Shown here: positions 35,427 through 46,062 of the stretch, piece after piece | Numbering within the stretch: the stretch's first letter is position 1 | Layout of the letters: each line of letters opens with the position of its first letter | DNA from: an uncultured Desulfosarcina sp. | GTDB lineage: Bacteria > Desulfobacterota > Desulfobacteria > Desulfobacterales > Desulfosarcinaceae | Assembly (NCBI GenBank): GCA_963674945.2 | Contig: CAXXWQ010000004.1 | Location: forward strand, 1,024,001-1,088,000 | Direction: 5' to 3' | DNA length: 64,000 nt | Notes under the pieces: generated by a model | The model's database searches: none | What the model saw: the letters and a program-made list of their open reading frames with translations, nothing else | What the model was told of the DNA's origin: nothing | Position numbers and translations under genes: made by a program

Positions 35427-37748
35427 TTATTTTATGCAGACCTTCCTCACCTCTATCAAATCACAATGCCCTTGAAAGATTTTGGAGATGCCATCCTGCT
35501 TCAACGTGGCCATACCGTCGGTGATGGCTTGGCCACGAATTCTTTCCATTTCGGCCTTGGTCTGGATGAGTTTTTTCATCTCGTCGGTACCCATGAGCAG
35601 TTCGTGAAGGCCCATCCGACCGCGATAGCCGGTGCCGTTACACATATCACATCCTTCCGGCTTGAATAGTTCCAGATCGTCATCGTACGGAATATTGAGA
35701 TTTTTCTCAAAGTCCTCTTCTCCGTATTCCCGGATGAGTTCGTCGTACTCCTCACGGCTGGGATGATAACCTCTCTTGCAGTCTTTGCAAAGCGTCCGGA
35801 CGAGTCGTTGGGCCAGGATGCACAAAATGGCGTCGGCAAAATTGAAGGGATCCATTCCCATATCCAAAAGACGGGTGATACTCTCCGGTGCACTGTTGGT
35901 GTGAAGGGTGGAGAAGACAAGGTGACCGGTTAAGGATGCCTCGATACCGATGGATGTGGTCTCCTTGTCGCGCATTTCACCGACCATGATCACATCCGGG
36001 TCGGCACGCAAGAATGCGCGCATGGCCGCGGCGAAGTCGAATCCGATCTTGGGTTTCACCTGAACCTGTCGAAGTCCTTTCTGGGTGATTTCTACAGGGT
36101 CTTCGGCGGTCCAGATCTTGGTCTCGGTCTTGTTGATGAAACTGAGCGCCGAGTGCAAGGTGGTGGTTTTACCGGAACCGGTGGGACCACACACGAAGAT
36201 CAGTCCGTAGGGTTTGGTCACGCAACTGATGAAATTTTTAAGATTGGCTTTGGAGAACCCCATCTTTTCCAGAGGGATGGGCTCGCCGGCCGCCAAAATA
36301 CGCATGACCACATCTTCCAGCCCCCCTTGGGTGGGGATGGTGGCCACACGGAGTTCGATGTCCTTTCCCCCGTATTTCTTGAACTTGATTTTGCCGTCCT
36401 GGGGCAGACGCTTTTCGGCGATGTCCAAATCCGACATGATCTTGATTCGGGAAACGACGGCATTCTTGTAGGAAAAGGGTATCGTCTGGTAGATGGTGCA
36501 GGAACCGTCCACCCGGATACGAACCCTTGTGTTCTCTTTTCCCGGGTAGGGCTCGATGTGGATATCCGAGGCGTTTCGACTGTAAGCATCCAGAATGATT
36601 TTATTGACCAGCTGAACGACGGCACTGTCCTCCTCGCCGACACCATGTTCCGCCTCTTCTACCTCTGCGGACTCGTCCTGGAGCTGGGACAAAATATCGT
36701 CGATCTCAGCCAGTTCTTTTTCATCCTGGGTAAACAGCTTGATGAAATCGAGAATGTCCTGTTTGAAACTGACGTAAAAGGTGACCGGTCGCCCCGGAAA
36801 AAGCGCCTTGATTTCATCGATCTTCTTCAGATCGTGGGGATCGTCGACGGCGATGACCACCTTGTTGTCTTCGCTTTTCAGGGGCACCCAGGTATTGGCT
36901 CTCATGAAGGGTACCTTCAGTCCGGTCATGAGGTCGCCGGGAATGGGATAGTTGGCGTTGTACTCGATGAAATTGGTCTTGTAATATTTTTCCAGCGCGG
37001 TTCCGATCTCCTTTTTGGGAACCTTGTAGTCCTTCATCAATATCGAATATACCGGCTCCTTGCGCTGGACCGCATCGGTAAAGGCCTTGGCCAGTTCTTT
37101 CTGGGTAATCAGGTGATTTTTTAAAAGATAATCGTATTGATGGGTCCGCGCACCTGCACCTCCCCGGGAGGTCATGGTTTTTTGCTTGTACAGCGCCACA
37201 CCCAGGACCTTGGACAGATCCTGAATGGCGGTCTCTTCGGCCTGGCCGAACCCCCCCTCAACTTTGCGGTTGGTCAGTTGCAATGCACCCATGAGGTATT
37301 TCTGGTAGAGAATCGGATGGGCCAGGACCTGTTTGGTCCGATAACCGGTCCTTCGGTCCCAGCTGTTGTTGAACTCGAGGGCCGGATCGATGGCGGTCAA
37401 TGACTGCTTATCGTAAACATCGTCTATGTTGACCAGTTTCTGTTTGAAGGCGGCATATCCGGCAATGCTTTTGGCATCGACGGCGACGCGGATTTCGGTC
37501 ACTTCACTGCCCGATTTGAAATGGGAAACAAGTTCCCGTTTGACACCATCGATAACGAATACGGTGACCCGTTCCGCGCCGAAGAGTTCGCAGATGTCAT
37601 CTTTCAGATTGATCAGTGTTTCGCCCAAGTTGGTGGCAACACTGAGTTGATCCCCGATCTCCTTGATTCTGGAGGTGTATTGGGTGTCGGGCGAGGAAAT
37701 TCCCGCCGAATCATCGTCGAGCGTCAATGAAATTTCTGGTTTGGCCAT
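35427..37748 (-). CDS. GspE/PilB family ATPase with N-terminal GAF domain
   Basis: ASDIHIEP, RLPQDG, GPTGSGKTTTL, LRADPDVIMVGEMRD, TGHLVFSTLHTN, two CxxC. Confidence 0.93.
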   Translation of the reverse strand: MAKPEISLTLDDDSAGISSPDTQYTSRIKEIGDQLSVATNLGETLINLKDDICELFGAERVTVFVIDGVKRELVSHFKSGSEVTEIRVAVDAKSIAGYAAFKQKLVNIDDVYDKQSLTAIDPALEFNNSWDRRTGYRTKQVLAHPILYQKYLMGALQLTNRKVEGGFGQAEETAIQDLSKVLGVALYKQKTMTSRGGAGARTHQYDYLLKNHLITQKELAKAFTDAVQRKEPVYSILMKDYKVPKKEIGTALEKYYKTNFIEYNANYPIPGDLMTGLKVPFMRANTWVPLKSEDNKVVIAVDDPHDLKKIDEIKALFPGRPVTFYVSFKQDILDFIKLFTQDEKELAEIDDILSQLQDESAEVEEAEHGVGEEDSAVVQLVNKIILDAYSRNASDIHIEPYPGKENTRVRIRVDGSCTIYQTIPFSYKNAVVSRIKIMSDLDIAEKRLPQDGKIKFKKYGGKDIELRVATIPTQGGLEDVVMRILAAGEPIPLEKMGFSKANLKNFISCVTKPYGLIFVCGPTGSGKTTTLHSALSFINKTETKIWTAEDPVEITQKGLRQVQVKPKIGFDFAAAMRAFLRADPDVIMVGEMRDKETTSIGIEASLTGHLVFSTLHTNSAPESITRLLDMGMDPFNFADAILCILAQRLVRTLCKDCKRGYHPSREEYDELIREYGEEDFEKNLNIPYDDDLELFKPEGCDMCNGTGYRGRMGLHELLMGTDEMKKLIQTKAEMERIRGQAITDGMATLKQDGISKIFQGHCDLIEVRKVCIK

Positions 37749-37791
37749 ACTTTCTTACCATTGTTGAATGATTGCTGAGTAAGATAAAAAT

Positions 37792-38025
37792 TCATTCCGG
37801 CTGCCCTTTTCGAAACTGGTGATACAGCTTCTTGCATCCACCACCGATGAGGAAGATTCCCATGAAGTAGAAACAGAAGCGAATGAAACCCGATGCGGCG
37901 GCGAACCTGGGAATCTGTTCGATTTTCGGCATCACCTGGGGGATCCGATAAAAGACGCCCAGCCCCGCCAGAATCAACGCGACTGCCCAGATCAATTGGA
38001 CTTGATTCACTTTCTTATCGTTCAT
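37792..38025 (-). CDS. Small two-TM hypothetical membrane protein
   Basis: Two hydrophobic segments; co-oriented with neighbours. Confidence 0.7.
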   Translation of the reverse strand: MNDKKVNQVQLIWAVALILAGLGVFYRIPQVMPKIEQIPRFAAASGFIRFCFYFMGIFLIGGGCKKLYHQFRKGQPE

Positions 38026-38098
38026 CCATCAACCTATCGGCTTCGATGCAAAGGTCACCGAAAAATTCTCCTCACATGCAGACAATCGACAATGGCGA

Positions 38099-38530
38099 TC
38101 AGAGGGCGTACAACCGTTCCCCGTCCAGGACCGTAACCCCCTTGGATTCGAGCATACGGATGGCGGCTTGCTCCTCTTCGATGCGAAAGATCATCACCGC
38201 GTTCGTACCGGAAGATTGGACGAAGGCGTACATGTACTCGACGTTCAGGCCGGCCTCGTGAAACAAGGTCAAAATGCGGTGAAGCCCACCGGGTTGGTCG
38301 GGGACTTCCACGGCCACGACGCTGGTCTTGCCAACGGTGAAACCGTTGTTCTTCAACGTCTGTTGCGCCTTTTTCGAATCATCCACGATCAATCGCAGCA
38401 CCCCGAAATCCGAGGTGTCGGCCAGGGCGAGGGCGCGAATGTTGATCTCTGCCTCGGCCAGGATCGCCGTCACCTCCGAAAGCCTTCCGGATTTGTTTTC
38501 CAGAAACACCGATATCTGTTCTACCTGCAT
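38099..38530 (-). CDS. ACT domain protein
   Basis: [41 protein letters not shown]. Confidence 0.92.
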   Translation of the reverse strand: MQVEQISVFLENKSGRLSEVTAILAEAEINIRALALADTSDFGVLRLIVDDSKKAQQTLKNNGFTVGKTSVVAVEVPDQPGGLHRILTLFHEAGLNVEYMYAFVQSSGTNAVMIFRIEEEQAAIRMLESKGVTVLDGERLYAL

Positions 38531-38597
38531 GTGTTCCTCCTTTACTATTCGGTCATTGGCCAAACCGACTTGAGTCTTCGGTATATTTTTTTAATTA

Positions 38598-39899
38598 TCA
38601 GATCTTTCGATTGTCAACAACACGAACCGCCTTGCCCTGGCTTCTTTCGATCGCCTTGGGTTCGACCAATCGAACACGTGCGGAAACGCCGAGTAGCTCC
38701 TTGATATGCTTTGATATTCTTCCTTCCAACGCCTGCAGCCCCTTGACCTCGTCGGAAAAGATCTTTTCACCGACCTCCACCTTGACGGTCAGTACATCCA
38801 AATTGTCTTCCCGGTCGACCACCAATTGATAGTGGGGTGCGACGCCTTCCGTCTCCATGAGTACACTCTCGATCTGGGAGGGAAACACGTTGACGCCCCG
38901 TATGATCAGCATATCGTCACTTCGGCCCGTCACGCGATTCATCCGGACATGGGTCCGGCCACAAATGCACGGATCGGGATTCAAGGAGGTGATATCCCGG
39001 GTTCGATAGCGAATAACGGGAAAGGCCTCCTTGGTAAGGGAGGTGAACACCAGCTCACCGGTACTGCCGTAGGGCAAGGGTTCCAGTGTGTTGGGGTCGA
39101 TGATTTCCGCAATGAAATGATCCTCGAAAATGTGCAGGCCTTTTTTCGCTTCGTGGCATTCGATGGCCACGCCCGGCCCCATCACCTCGCTAAGACCATA
39201 AATATCCACGGCCGTCAGATTCAACTTGCGCTCAATCTCTTCCCGCATATTTTCGGACCATGGCTCTGCGCCGAAGACACCGAACTTGAATTTGAGCTGC
39301 TCGAAGGATACGCCCATCTCTTCGGCCACTTCCGCAAGGTGAAGTGTGTAGGAGGGGGTGGCGGTGATGATCGTCGGTCCGAAATCCTTCATGATCACCA
39401 CCTGCCGTTTCGTGTTGCCGCCGGACACGGGAATCACCGATGCCCCCAGCCGCTCCGCACCGTAGTGGACACCGAGCCCACCGGTAAACAGGCCGTACCC
39501 ATATGCGTTGTGGATGATATCGCCGGGCCCGGCGCCGCCTGCGGCCAGGGATCGTGCCATGAGTGTGGACCAGGTGCCGATGTCCCGCGCCGTATACCCG
39601 ACCACCGTCGGCTGGCCGGTGGTGCCGGAAGAAGCATGAATGCGCACTACATTGTCCATGGGAACGGCAAACATTTTGAACGGATAGTTATCCCGAAGGT
39701 CCTGTTTGGTGGTAAAGGGAATTTTGCCAAGGTCCGACAGGCTTTTGATGTCGGATGGAACGATCCCGGCATCAGCCATTTTTCCGCGGTAAAACGGGAC
39801 ATTTGCATAGACCCGGGATAATGTGGCCTGAAGACGCCGAAGTTGAATCGCCTCTAATGCTTCGCGGGGCATGGTCTCATATTCCATGTCGTAAATCAT
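38598..39899 (-). CDS. paaK: Phenylacetate-CoA ligase family protein
   Basis: [44 protein letters not shown]. Confidence 0.92.
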   Translation of the reverse strand: MIYDMEYETMPREALEAIQLRRLQATLSRVYANVPFYRGKMADAGIVPSDIKSLSDLGKIPFTTKQDLRDNYPFKMFAVPMDNVVRIHASSGTTGQPTVVGYTARDIGTWSTLMARSLAAGGAGPGDIIHNAYGYGLFTGGLGVHYGAERLGASVIPVSGGNTKRQVVIMKDFGPTIITATPSYTLHLAEVAEEMGVSFEQLKFKFGVFGAEPWSENMREEIERKLNLTAVDIYGLSEVMGPGVAIECHEAKKGLHIFEDHFIAEIIDPNTLEPLPYGSTGELVFTSLTKEAFPVIRYRTRDITSLNPDPCICGRTHVRMNRVTGRSDDMLIIRGVNVFPSQIESVLMETEGVAPHYQLVVDREDNLDVLTVKVEVGEKIFSDEVKGLQALEGRISKHIKELLGVSARVRLVEPKAIERSQGKAVRVVDNRKI

Positions 39900-39961
39900 G
39901 ATGGTCTTCTCCTCTCATATATGTAACGATTCCTTGTAGTTTGTTCGCATACGAATGCCAA

Positions 39962-41998
39962 TCACCCTGGATTTTCCCAATTTGCCGGCAGGTTGTTGAA
40001 AGCAGTGGGGCTGGTCTCCTTGATATACCGCCGTATACCCCGAATGATGCCATCGCACAACCGATCCTGGTAGGCCGGATCGGTCAGCCGTTTGCACTCC
40101 CTCGGATTGGATATGAAAGACGTCTCCACGAGGAGTGCCGGCATCTGGGCACCCAGCAACACATAAAAAGGCGCCTGTTTCACGCCTTTGCTGCGAATGT
40201 GTTTGTACTTTTTCTTCAAGTGGGTGCACATCTCGTCCTGGACCATGGCCGCCAGCCGGCTGGACTCGTTGATCTTGGCATTTTGCATCAGATCGTTGAG
40301 GATCGACTCCAAGTCGCTGATGTTTTTTGCGGAAGTCGCATTTTCCCGGGCCGCAACGAGGATGGCGGCATCGTCGGTGGCCAGGTTCAGGAAGAAGGTC
40401 TCGATGCCGTATGCACGCCGATCCCGTACGGCATTGGTATGAATGGAGACAAACAGATCGGCATTCTGGGTATTGGCGATGGCGGTACGCTCCTCCAAGG
40501 TCAGGTATCGATCTGTGGTTCGGGTGAGCACCACATCACACCCAAGATCGGTCTCCACCTTGCGGGCAAGCTGTTTGGCAATCTGAAGAACCACGTCTTT
40601 TTCGTGAACGCCCTTGTAGTAACCCGGCGCTCCAAAATCCTTTCCACCATGGCCAGGATCGATAACGATGCGGCTTATCCCCAACGCAAGTTGCCGGGCG
40701 ATGGCACCGGGGGGCAATTTCCCCGGAGGCGTCCGGACAGTGGGATGGGAGGGACGGGCAACCTGTCCATCGTCATCCTGCCCCCACACGTCCAGCACGA
40801 TCCGAAAGGGGTTTTTCAGGGAAAAGATCTTGTAGTGCCTGAAAGATTTGATGTCCACGACGATTCGAACCGTATCGCTGGTATACTGGCCCGCACGGGC
40901 ATCGCTGAGCAGTTGATCGTTGATGGGGATGACCTTCTGGATGTTTTTTCCCAAGCGACTCCGGCTCAGATCGATGTATAGACGCTGGGGTTTTTTTAAG
41001 GATGGATCCTTTTTGAGCAAACGATGAACAAAACGGGTTTCGAGATCCGCGTCGATGACGACCCGCGTGTAATTGGGATTGGACCAGAACCGAAGCCCCT
41101 GAACGGTAACCAGGCCATCGGATCTCGCGGCGACTTCGGAAAAACCGATGTCTGTTTTGCTTCGATTTTGGTCGATGAGATCCGCCACGGGATCACCGCT
41201 GTCCGACGATGGGGACACGGCGACATACTTTTTCTCCTTCAGCGCCGCGCGGGCCTTTTCTGCCTCCACACTCTTGGGAAACTCGCGGTCGGTTCGGCCA
41301 TAGTACTCCCGTGCCGCGATGACATCCGCTTTCCGATGGGACCATCGATAGAGACCTTCATACAGCGTCCCAATCATATACAAGGATTCGGCCGCATGGG
41401 GCCCTTCGGGATCGACGAGGTAGACCTTTTCGAATTCCTTTATGCACGTTTCCCATTGGTCACGGTATGTTTGTTTCTTGCGGCTCCCCATCAATCGGTA
41501 ATAGGCGTCGCGTGCCGACTTCAGATTCCGCGCTGCCTTTTGGGTCTCGGGTGACAGGGTCGAAGCGCCCAGTTTAGTAAGTTGGCTTTTCGATTTTGAT
41601 GTGTACCGGCTTTCGGGATAGTCGGCGATCACCTGGCGAAACAGCTCCACGGCTTTTCGCCTGTCCACATCCACATAAGAATGCTTGTACATTTCCAGGT
41701 ACAGGACCCCGGATCGGTAAAGTCCGGCGGCCGCCCACGGTCCGTCGGGATCGAGCCGGTAGACCTTATGGTATTTGTCGATACAGGTCATCCATTTATC
41801 CCTGTATTTCTGATACCGGACGTTTTTCTGGAGTCTGTTGTAACACTTCAGCGCGCTGTAGTATTGCTGCTTTGGCGTCACCGCCCATGCCGGCGCGACG
41901 GAAAGTGCCGACAACAGGCAAAGGAGAACCAAAAGCGTGAGCAGGGTCGTCTGAACTTGAAATTTTTCGATGCGGTTACAAATCATGGTTGACATCAT
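39962..41998 (-). CDS. N-acetylmuramoyl-L-alanine amidase (TPR-like repeats, AMIN, Amidase_3)
   Basis: IDPGHGGKD, EKDVVL, FVSIHTNA, LVETSFISN. Confidence 0.93.
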   Translation of the reverse strand: MMSTMICNRIEKFQVQTTLLTLLVLLCLLSALSVAPAWAVTPKQQYYSALKCYNRLQKNVRYQKYRDKWMTCIDKYHKVYRLDPDGPWAAAGLYRSGVLYLEMYKHSYVDVDRRKAVELFRQVIADYPESRYTSKSKSQLTKLGASTLSPETQKAARNLKSARDAYYRLMGSRKKQTYRDQWETCIKEFEKVYLVDPEGPHAAESLYMIGTLYEGLYRWSHRKADVIAAREYYGRTDREFPKSVEAEKARAALKEKKYVAVSPSSDSGDPVADLIDQNRSKTDIGFSEVAARSDGLVTVQGLRFWSNPNYTRVVIDADLETRFVHRLLKKDPSLKKPQRLYIDLSRSRLGKNIQKVIPINDQLLSDARAGQYTSDTVRIVVDIKSFRHYKIFSLKNPFRIVLDVWGQDDDGQVARPSHPTVRTPPGKLPPGAIARQLALGISRIVIDPGHGGKDFGAPGYYKGVHEKDVVLQIAKQLARKVETDLGCDVVLTRTTDRYLTLEERTAIANTQNADLFVSIHTNAVRDRRAYGIETFFLNLATDDAAILVAARENATSAKNISDLESILNDLMQNAKINESSRLAAMVQDEMCTHLKKKYKHIRSKGVKQAPFYVLLGAQMPALLVETSFISNPRECKRLTDPAYQDRLCDGIIRGIRRYIKETSPTAFNNLPANWENPG

Positions 41999-44625
41999 TC
42001 GTAAACAACGGATTGTGCCTTGATTTGCAAATCGTTCAGGGCGTTCAAGGCGTCAATGGGTGTCATCCGGCTAATATCCATCAGTTGGAGCGTCTCCACC
42101 ACCTTTCTTTCCGCGGGGCGAAAAAGCGCCAACTGCACATGCCCGGCCTTCTTTTTGGTGCCCGGAACGTCATCCCTGGAGGAGGCAACCTGGGGAGATC
42201 CGCCGGATTCGATCTGGGCGAGAATCGCTTTGGCACGCCGGATTACCGTTTCGGGGATCCCGGCCAGGCGGGCCACTTGAATGCCATAACTTCTGTTGGT
42301 CCCCCCCGTTACCAGTTTTCGCAGGAAAATAATCTCGTCATTCCATTCTTTTACAGCGATATTGTAGTTCTTGACGCGCCGGCGCCGTTGTTCCAGCCCT
42401 GTCAGTTCGTGGTAGTGGGTGGCGAACAGGGTTCTGACACCGGCATCGTTCAGATCATGAAGATGCTCGGCAACGGCCCAGGCGATGCTCAATCCATCGT
42501 ATGTGGAAGTGCCACGGCCGATCTCGTCCAGGATCACCAGGCTGCGGGATGTTGCGTTGTTGAGGATATTGGCCGTCTCCTGCATCTCCACCATGAAGGT
42601 GCTTTGGCCCGCAGAAAGATTGTCCAGTGCGCCCACCCGGGTAAAGATGCGGTCGGTAACGGCGATGTTGGCCTGCCTCGCCGGAACGAAGGATCCCATT
42701 TGGGCCATAATGGTCATCAGGGCCACTTGCCGAAGCACGGTTGACTTACCCGCCATGTTGGGGCCGGTAATGACAAGCACCTGATTTTCCAGGTTGTCCA
42801 TATCGATGGTGTTGGGAACGAACCGCTCGCCGGTAATCAGTTTTTCCACTACCGGGTGGCGCCCCTCCTGGATGTGGAGGTTTCCGTCGTCGTTGATTTG
42901 CGGCCGGTGATAATCACCGTTTTGCGCGATTTCGGCAAAGGCGGTCAGACAATCCACGCGGGCGATGAATTCCGCCACCGTCTGTATCTCCCGATGCCGG
43001 GCCTTGACCCGATCCCGGACGGCGAAAAAGATCGTTCGTTCCAGACTGGCACGCTGCTCTTCGGCGTTTAACACACGGGATTCGAAGGTTTTCAGATCTT
43101 CGGTGATGTACCGCTCCGCGTTGACCAATGTCTGCTTTCGTACGTAATGTTGGGGGACTTTTTCGTGTTGGGCCCGCGGCACTTCGATAAAGTAACCGAA
43201 TACCTTGTTGAAACGCACCTTGAGCGTTGGTATACCGGTGGCCTCGCGCTCCGTTGTCTCCAGTTGTGCCAGCCAACCTTTGCCATCCCGGGTGATTCGA
43301 ATCAGTTCATCGAGATCCTCATCGTACCCCGATTGAATCATGCCCCCTTCGGTAATCACCGCCGGCGCATCTTCCCGGATCGCCCGATGGATAACATCGG
43401 CCAATTCGTGGAGATTGGCCGTATCGGGTGGATCGGTAAAGGACGCCACGGAGAATTGGGACAGGATCGGATAGATGTCGGAAAGCGCCCGGATGGAGGT
43501 TTTCACGGCGATCAGGTCTCGTGCATTTCCATGTCCCATGGCTATTTTGCTGCCCAGACGTTCCAAATCCCGAACAGGTTTGAGTGATGCGCGAAGATCT
43601 TTTCGCACCTGCATCTTTTCCACGGCCTCTGCCACCGCATCCAGCCGGGTCTCGATCCTTTCCGGATCCAGAAGCGGATAGCGAAGCCATTGGGCCAACA
43701 GTCGCCCTCCCATGACGGTAATGGTCTGGTCCAAAATCCCCAACAGCGTTCCCTGGCGATTTCCGGTTCGAAGGTTTTGGGAAAGCTCCAGGTTCCTGCG
43801 GCTCTGGTCGTCCACCACGAGAAAATGGTCCAGAAAATAGGTCTGGATCGATTGCAGATGCGCGATCTTCTGCTTTTGGGTCTCGCTCACATAGTGAATC
43901 AGCGCGCCGGCGGCACTGACGGCTGCCTTCATGTGCTCACATCCGAACCCTTCCAGACTCAACGTGTCCAGGTGGGCCAGAAGACGCCCGCGGCTGGTGG
44001 TGAAATCAAACTCGCGGTCCGCCATCTCGGTTATGGCAAAGGATTGCTGCGGATCGGAAATGGCCGAAAACCGCCTGTCGGAGGAGAGCGATTCGGGCAG
44101 CAGGATCTCCTTTGGTCCGATTCGCATGATTTCATCCATGATAATGGACGACTGGACATTTTCCGTTATCCGGAAACTGCCGGTGGAGATATCCAGGCTG
44201 GCGATACCGATGGCCTGCTTGTACAGGCAAACGGCCAGGATGAAATTGTTCGCCCGTTCATCCAACAGCTCGTCCTCGACGATCATACCCGGGGTAACGA
44301 CACGCACCACCTCGCGCTTGACCAGTCCCTTGGCGGCTTTGGGGTCCTCCACCTGGTCGCAGATGGCCACCTTGTACCCCTTTTCGATGAGACGGGAAAT
44401 GTAGGTCTGTGCGGCGCGATAGGGAACGCCGCACATGGGGATCGGTGAATCGTCGTTTTTGTTGCGGGAGGTCAGGGTGATGTCCAGCACGCCGGAGGCG
44501 ATCCGGGCGTCCTCGAAAAACATTTCGTAGAAATCACCCATGCGATAAAACAGGAGGACATCGGGATACCGCTCCTTGATGGAGAGGTATTGTTGGATCA
44601 TGGGTGTCGCTGTAACGGAAGCCAT
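41995..44625 (-). CDS. mutS: DNA mismatch repair protein MutS
   Basis: TPMIQQY, GDFYEMF, TGPNMAGKST, DEIGRGTST, SYGIQVA. Confidence 0.98.
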   Translation of the reverse strand: MASVTATPMIQQYLSIKERYPDVLLFYRMGDFYEMFFEDARIASGVLDITLTSRNKNDDSPIPMCGVPYRAAQTYISRLIEKGYKVAICDQVEDPKAAKGLVKREVVRVVTPGMIVEDELLDERANNFILAVCLYKQAIGIASLDISTGSFRITENVQSSIIMDEIMRIGPKEILLPESLSSDRRFSAISDPQQSFAITEMADREFDFTTSRGRLLAHLDTLSLEGFGCEHMKAAVSAAGALIHYVSETQKQKIAHLQSIQTYFLDHFLVVDDQSRRNLELSQNLRTGNRQGTLLGILDQTITVMGGRLLAQWLRYPLLDPERIETRLDAVAEAVEKMQVRKDLRASLKPVRDLERLGSKIAMGHGNARDLIAVKTSIRALSDIYPILSQFSVASFTDPPDTANLHELADVIHRAIREDAPAVITEGGMIQSGYDEDLDELIRITRDGKGWLAQLETTEREATGIPTLKVRFNKVFGYFIEVPRAQHEKVPQHYVRKQTLVNAERYITEDLKTFESRVLNAEEQRASLERTIFFAVRDRVKARHREIQTVAEFIARVDCLTAFAEIAQNGDYHRPQINDDGNLHIQEGRHPVVEKLITGERFVPNTIDMDNLENQVLVITGPNMAGKSTVLRQVALMTIMAQMGSFVPARQANIAVTDRIFTRVGALDNLSAGQSTFMVEMQETANILNNATSRSLVILDEIGRGTSTYDGLSIAWAVAEHLHDLNDAGVRTLFATHYHELTGLEQRRRRVKNYNIAVKEWNDEIIFLRKLVTGGTNRSYGIQVARLAGIPETVIRRAKAILAQIESGGSPQVASSRDDVPGTKKKAGHVQLALFRPAERKVVETLQLMDISRMTPIDALNALNDLQIKAQSVVYE

Positions 44626-44752
44626 GGACTGGGAGGTATCTTCGCTTGATTACGGATATTGAGGCGGGAGATGACGAATTCACCCGCCGAAGGGGAAAAC
44701 GGTTGGACGGGTCGGATTCCAATACTCGCCGCAGCCAAGGTCGTCATCCGGA

Positions 44753-45136
44753 TCATTCTGCTTGGGCTGTTCTATCCACGAGGTTTTCATCGATGGTGTC
44801 GACGGAAACGGATTCGACTTTCGCACTCCGGGTATCCAGCTGCTTTTCCATGGCTGAGATGGTGTCAATCAGGCTCGACTCTTTGGCCTTTAGGGCCTTG
44901 ATGAGTTTTGCATCCTTGTAGTGCTTGAAGAGACTGAAAAAATAGGTGATCAGCAGACCGATGAAAAAAAATGCAACGAAGAAGATTGCATTGGCCAGAA
45001 GCGGAGTTTCATATTTCACAAAAAAAAGGTTGATCAGCAGACTGTTCTCCGCTCTGAAAAATTCCCAGTTTTGTGCAATGACCAGCCCGACAAAGCCGAA
45101 CACGACGATCCAGAAGGCAATTTTAACCTTTTTCAT
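44753..45136 (-). CDS. LapA-like membrane protein
   Basis: TM-QN-TM followed by a coiled coil. Confidence 0.7.
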   Translation of the reverse strand: MKKVKIAFWIVVFGFVGLVIAQNWEFFRAENSLLINLFFVKYETPLLANAIFFVAFFFIGLLITYFFSLFKHYKDAKLIKALKAKESSLIDTISAMEKQLDTRSAKVESVSVDTIDENLVDRTAQAE

Positions 45137-45287
45137 TACGTAGTTTTCCCCCTCATTCGATTACCATTTTCGGGTTTGATGAAAGGTCTTGCCGTGTCTC
45201 GAAAAAAATAGTGCCAAAGCCCATGAAACCCTTTATTTATCAAGCATCTTTACCCTTTTATACCTGAAAACTCAACCTTTTTTTCCC

Positions 45288-46040
45288 TTAGAGCGGTATC
45301 AGTTCCACCTCGCCCCACAACCCCAGCTCCCCGCCTGCAACAACCACGATTCCCGAAACACCGTCGATTCTTCTGCCCCGGTCGATGGCCGTCTTGATCG
45401 TTCCGGGCGATGTCACGAGGTTGCCGATTGCCGTTGCGGCTGCATCGGCCAGGGCGCAGGATGGGGAGACCACGCATACGGCATCGGCGTTTCCCTTGGA
45501 AAGTGAATGCCCTACCGTCGCCGATGAAGTACATAATCCGATCCCATCCGCGGTCGACGGGACCTTGATGCCGATCCTCATGCTCATAGAAGAAGCACCG
45601 GCGAACAATCCCACCACCATCGGTCGGTCGGTTTTCATAAAAATATCTCCGCCGTTTTCCACCACGACCTGACGGCTATGGGTCAGAAGGTCACGCCCCA
45701 CGGCTTCGGCCATGGCCCCGGCAACGGCCGCCATGGGCCCCACACCGGCGGTCTCACCGGCCTGAATCATGGTTCGAACGATTTTCGGTGCCAGGGCCTT
45801 TTCCGGCCACGGGTGCAAAGTGGTGGCAAAAGAAGGATACCGCCGTATATACCCTTCGATATACCCTCGAAGCCGCAGTACCGTTTCACGGGCCATGACG
45901 TCCAGGCACCGGTCCGCCTGAATCATCAAGTCCGTCTCCTGGCAAACGACGGGAAAGGCAACCAGATCGACGCAACGAGCCCCTTGGCGGTAGGTCCGCT
46001 GCCGATACTGGTTTGGTGGTAACGGTTTTTTCTTTGCCAT
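45288..46040 (-). CDS. UPF0280/ApbE-like protein
   Basis: GPMAAVAGA, VENGGDI, CTSSATVGHSLS, ADAAATAIGN. Confidence 0.9.
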   Translation of the reverse strand: MAKKKPLPPNQYRQRTYRQGARCVDLVAFPVVCQETDLMIQADRCLDVMARETVLRLRGYIEGYIRRYPSFATTLHPWPEKALAPKIVRTMIQAGETAGVGPMAAVAGAMAEAVGRDLLTHSRQVVVENGGDIFMKTDRPMVVGLFAGASSMSMRIGIKVPSTADGIGLCTSSATVGHSLSKGNADAVCVVSPSCALADAAATAIGNLVTSPGTIKTAIDRGRRIDGVSGIVVVAGGELGLWGEVELIPL

Positions 46041-46062
46041 AATCGTTACGGGGCGCAGCCAT

